Shown here: positions 62,331 through 64,000 of the stretch, piece after piece
Position numbering within the stretch: position 1 is the first letter of the stretch
Layout of the letters: each line of letters begins with the position of its first letter
Source of the DNA: Amoebidium appalachense
Taxonomy: Eukaryota; Protista; Ichthyosporea
DNA length: 64,000 nt
Direction: 5' to 3'
Assembly: GCA_963693365.1 (NCBI GenBank)
Contig: CAVNZM010000016.1
Location: 2,219,984 to 2,283,983 of the forward strand
Translations under genes and position numbers: made by a program
The notes under the pieces: model-generated
Database searches by the model: none
Seen by the model: the letters and a program-made list of their open reading frames with translations, nothing else
What the model was told of the DNA's origin: nothing

Positions 62331-63447
62331 CAGTTGAACTAGTTGGGATAAGGCAGAGAACAACTGAATCAGAATAAAGACAGAGAACGGGTAGAAAGGC
62401 ACACGCGGCCAAGTTGCTTTTACTATGGGCCGACTCAGTCTGTCTCAGACTTCACTGATGTGATCCCCGTACTGGGACGGCTTTGTTATATAGCCCCCAG
62501 GTTTCGGATCAAGGCCCAGGATTGCTTCATCCGCGGCCAGCGCGGGTGGCAACATGCCATTCGTGATTCTGGTGCGGTCCAAGCCAGTCAGACCTTCGTC
62601 CTATTTATGCAAACATCTTATTGGTTCACTTCGTTTATGTGGTATGCAGCGGTAGAATCATACATGGTTCATTTCTTAGGTAAGATTGATTCCTATTGGT
62701 GTGGACATAATATTTATGTGATATTCATGACAAAGAACGAATTGTGTGCTAGTAGATCACATTCTTTAGTAAACATGTACAGTTCATGTGTACAGTTGTT
62801 TACACTCCCCCCCTTGTCGGGAGCCTGGTGGCGTCGTTAGGCAAGCAAACCACCAGGCTGAGAGGCGATAAACAACCTTCAGCGAGAATTCTTGTGCGCC
62901 GAGCTGCTGGGCAGAACAGAGCAAGGATGGTTGAATAGAGTTGTGCACGTCTATGAGCACTTCTTCGTTTGCCAAAACGTAAATTCATGCAGCATTCTTC
63001 TGTGCGTTCATTTTCGTGGCGAAGATTGTTGCAGAGTGTTCGTGCGAATTGTTCGCTTCGTCTCTGTGCTTGGCTTTTTCTGTAGAAGTAATATTTTCCT
63101 TTTTGGGAATTTTTCCTTTTTAGGATACTCCCGCAGATTCGTTTTCAATTGCGAGTAATTTGGTTGTGTGGATGAATGATCATACCAAGCATTCGATAAT
63201 GAATATAACTCAAGCCTTAGGTCACTTCGTAGCTCAGGTAGTGGTGGATAGCTTCAAGGCTTAGCCACAGCTGCTCCTTATCCCGGTTCTACCTTAAGAC
63301 TGTAAGGCGAGTCGCCATGGCCAGAAAAGCCACTTCTTTCATGAACAAATAGCACTTCTTTCCTTTCAGCTTTAACCCTGCATCATCGGAGCTGGGAAAA
63401 ACATGAATAAAAATGCCCCAAGTGTTCTTCGTTGGGCGACATAAAGA

Positions 63448-63512
63448 AATATATCAGCCCGTCAGAATTCGAACCAGTAAATATATCAGCCCGTCAGAAT
63501 TCGAACCAGTAA
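63448..63512. repeat. ~31-bp perfect tandem duplication
   Basis: AAATATATCAGCCCGTCAGAATTCGAACCAGTA x2. Confidence 0.9.
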
Positions 63513-64000
63513 AAACCCGGTTCATAATTCATAAGAAGAGGGTAGGCAAAGCAAACCTTCTTCAGAAAACACATGCTTCCATTCGTGAGCAGTTTTCGTA
63601 TCCCATTTGCCAGCTATTTTTCGTTGAGCAGGGGGATTCCAGGCATAATGTAGTACATTCTTCTGGAGGCTTGGCCTAAAAAGAAAAGTCGTCAGAGTCA
63701 CCCTTTCTTTTGTAAGCAACTTCGTGAGCGCGCTTCGTATCTTCATATCCTCCAGTGCAGGTCTGGATGGTGCCCCATCCTCTGCTTCATTTGTAGGTGG
63801 CCCTACTGTAGGTTCTGTTCGTTGTGTGGAATACCAAAACCATTCGTATTCGTGGAACTGCTTTGTGCTGTGCTTGCTTTCGTGTTGGTGTTCATGTAGT
63901 TACCCCATTCACACACCTACTACTTTCATACATCAGACGTAAGTAGCTGCCTGGGGGGTGTGTGGTTCGTGTTCGTGGCATTCTTCTGTTCCTTCGTGAG

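Overview
Eukaryotic genomic DNA. The taxon cannot be fixed from sequence alone, but a SEPT6-like septin, Ca-binding EGF modules and a ThrE transporter would fit a unicellular opisthokont/holozoan. Introns and intergenic DNA are saturated with (CA/TG)n, (GA)n and poly(G/C) tracts, so nearly all short ORFs in the supplied track are artefacts. Reading through splice sites gives five genes: the last exon of a dienelactone-hydrolase-family gene (15-209, +); an 11-coding-exon septin (2593-15208, -); an intronless 731-aa LRR gene (17662-19857, +); an 11-exon ThrE-family transporter (25791-36179, +); and a 14-exon, ~872-aa secreted mosaic of three NGxFExP beta-sandwich domains, four Ca-binding EGF domains and a PAN/apple domain (45196-55137, -). 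Two LINE families occur as RT-bearing copies plus fragments, along with a probable solo LTR. The most unusual signals are four. (1) An abundant ~110-150 bp element ending in poly(C), always on the sense strand of the three host genes, with a covarying stem-loop extension in two copies. (2) A LINE whose last nucleotides before poly(A) are complementary to the start of its own ORF2. (3) An intronic array of TACTAAC branch-point motifs spaced by (AC)n. (4) Many 3' splice sites preceded by (AC)n rather than a polypyrimidine tract.
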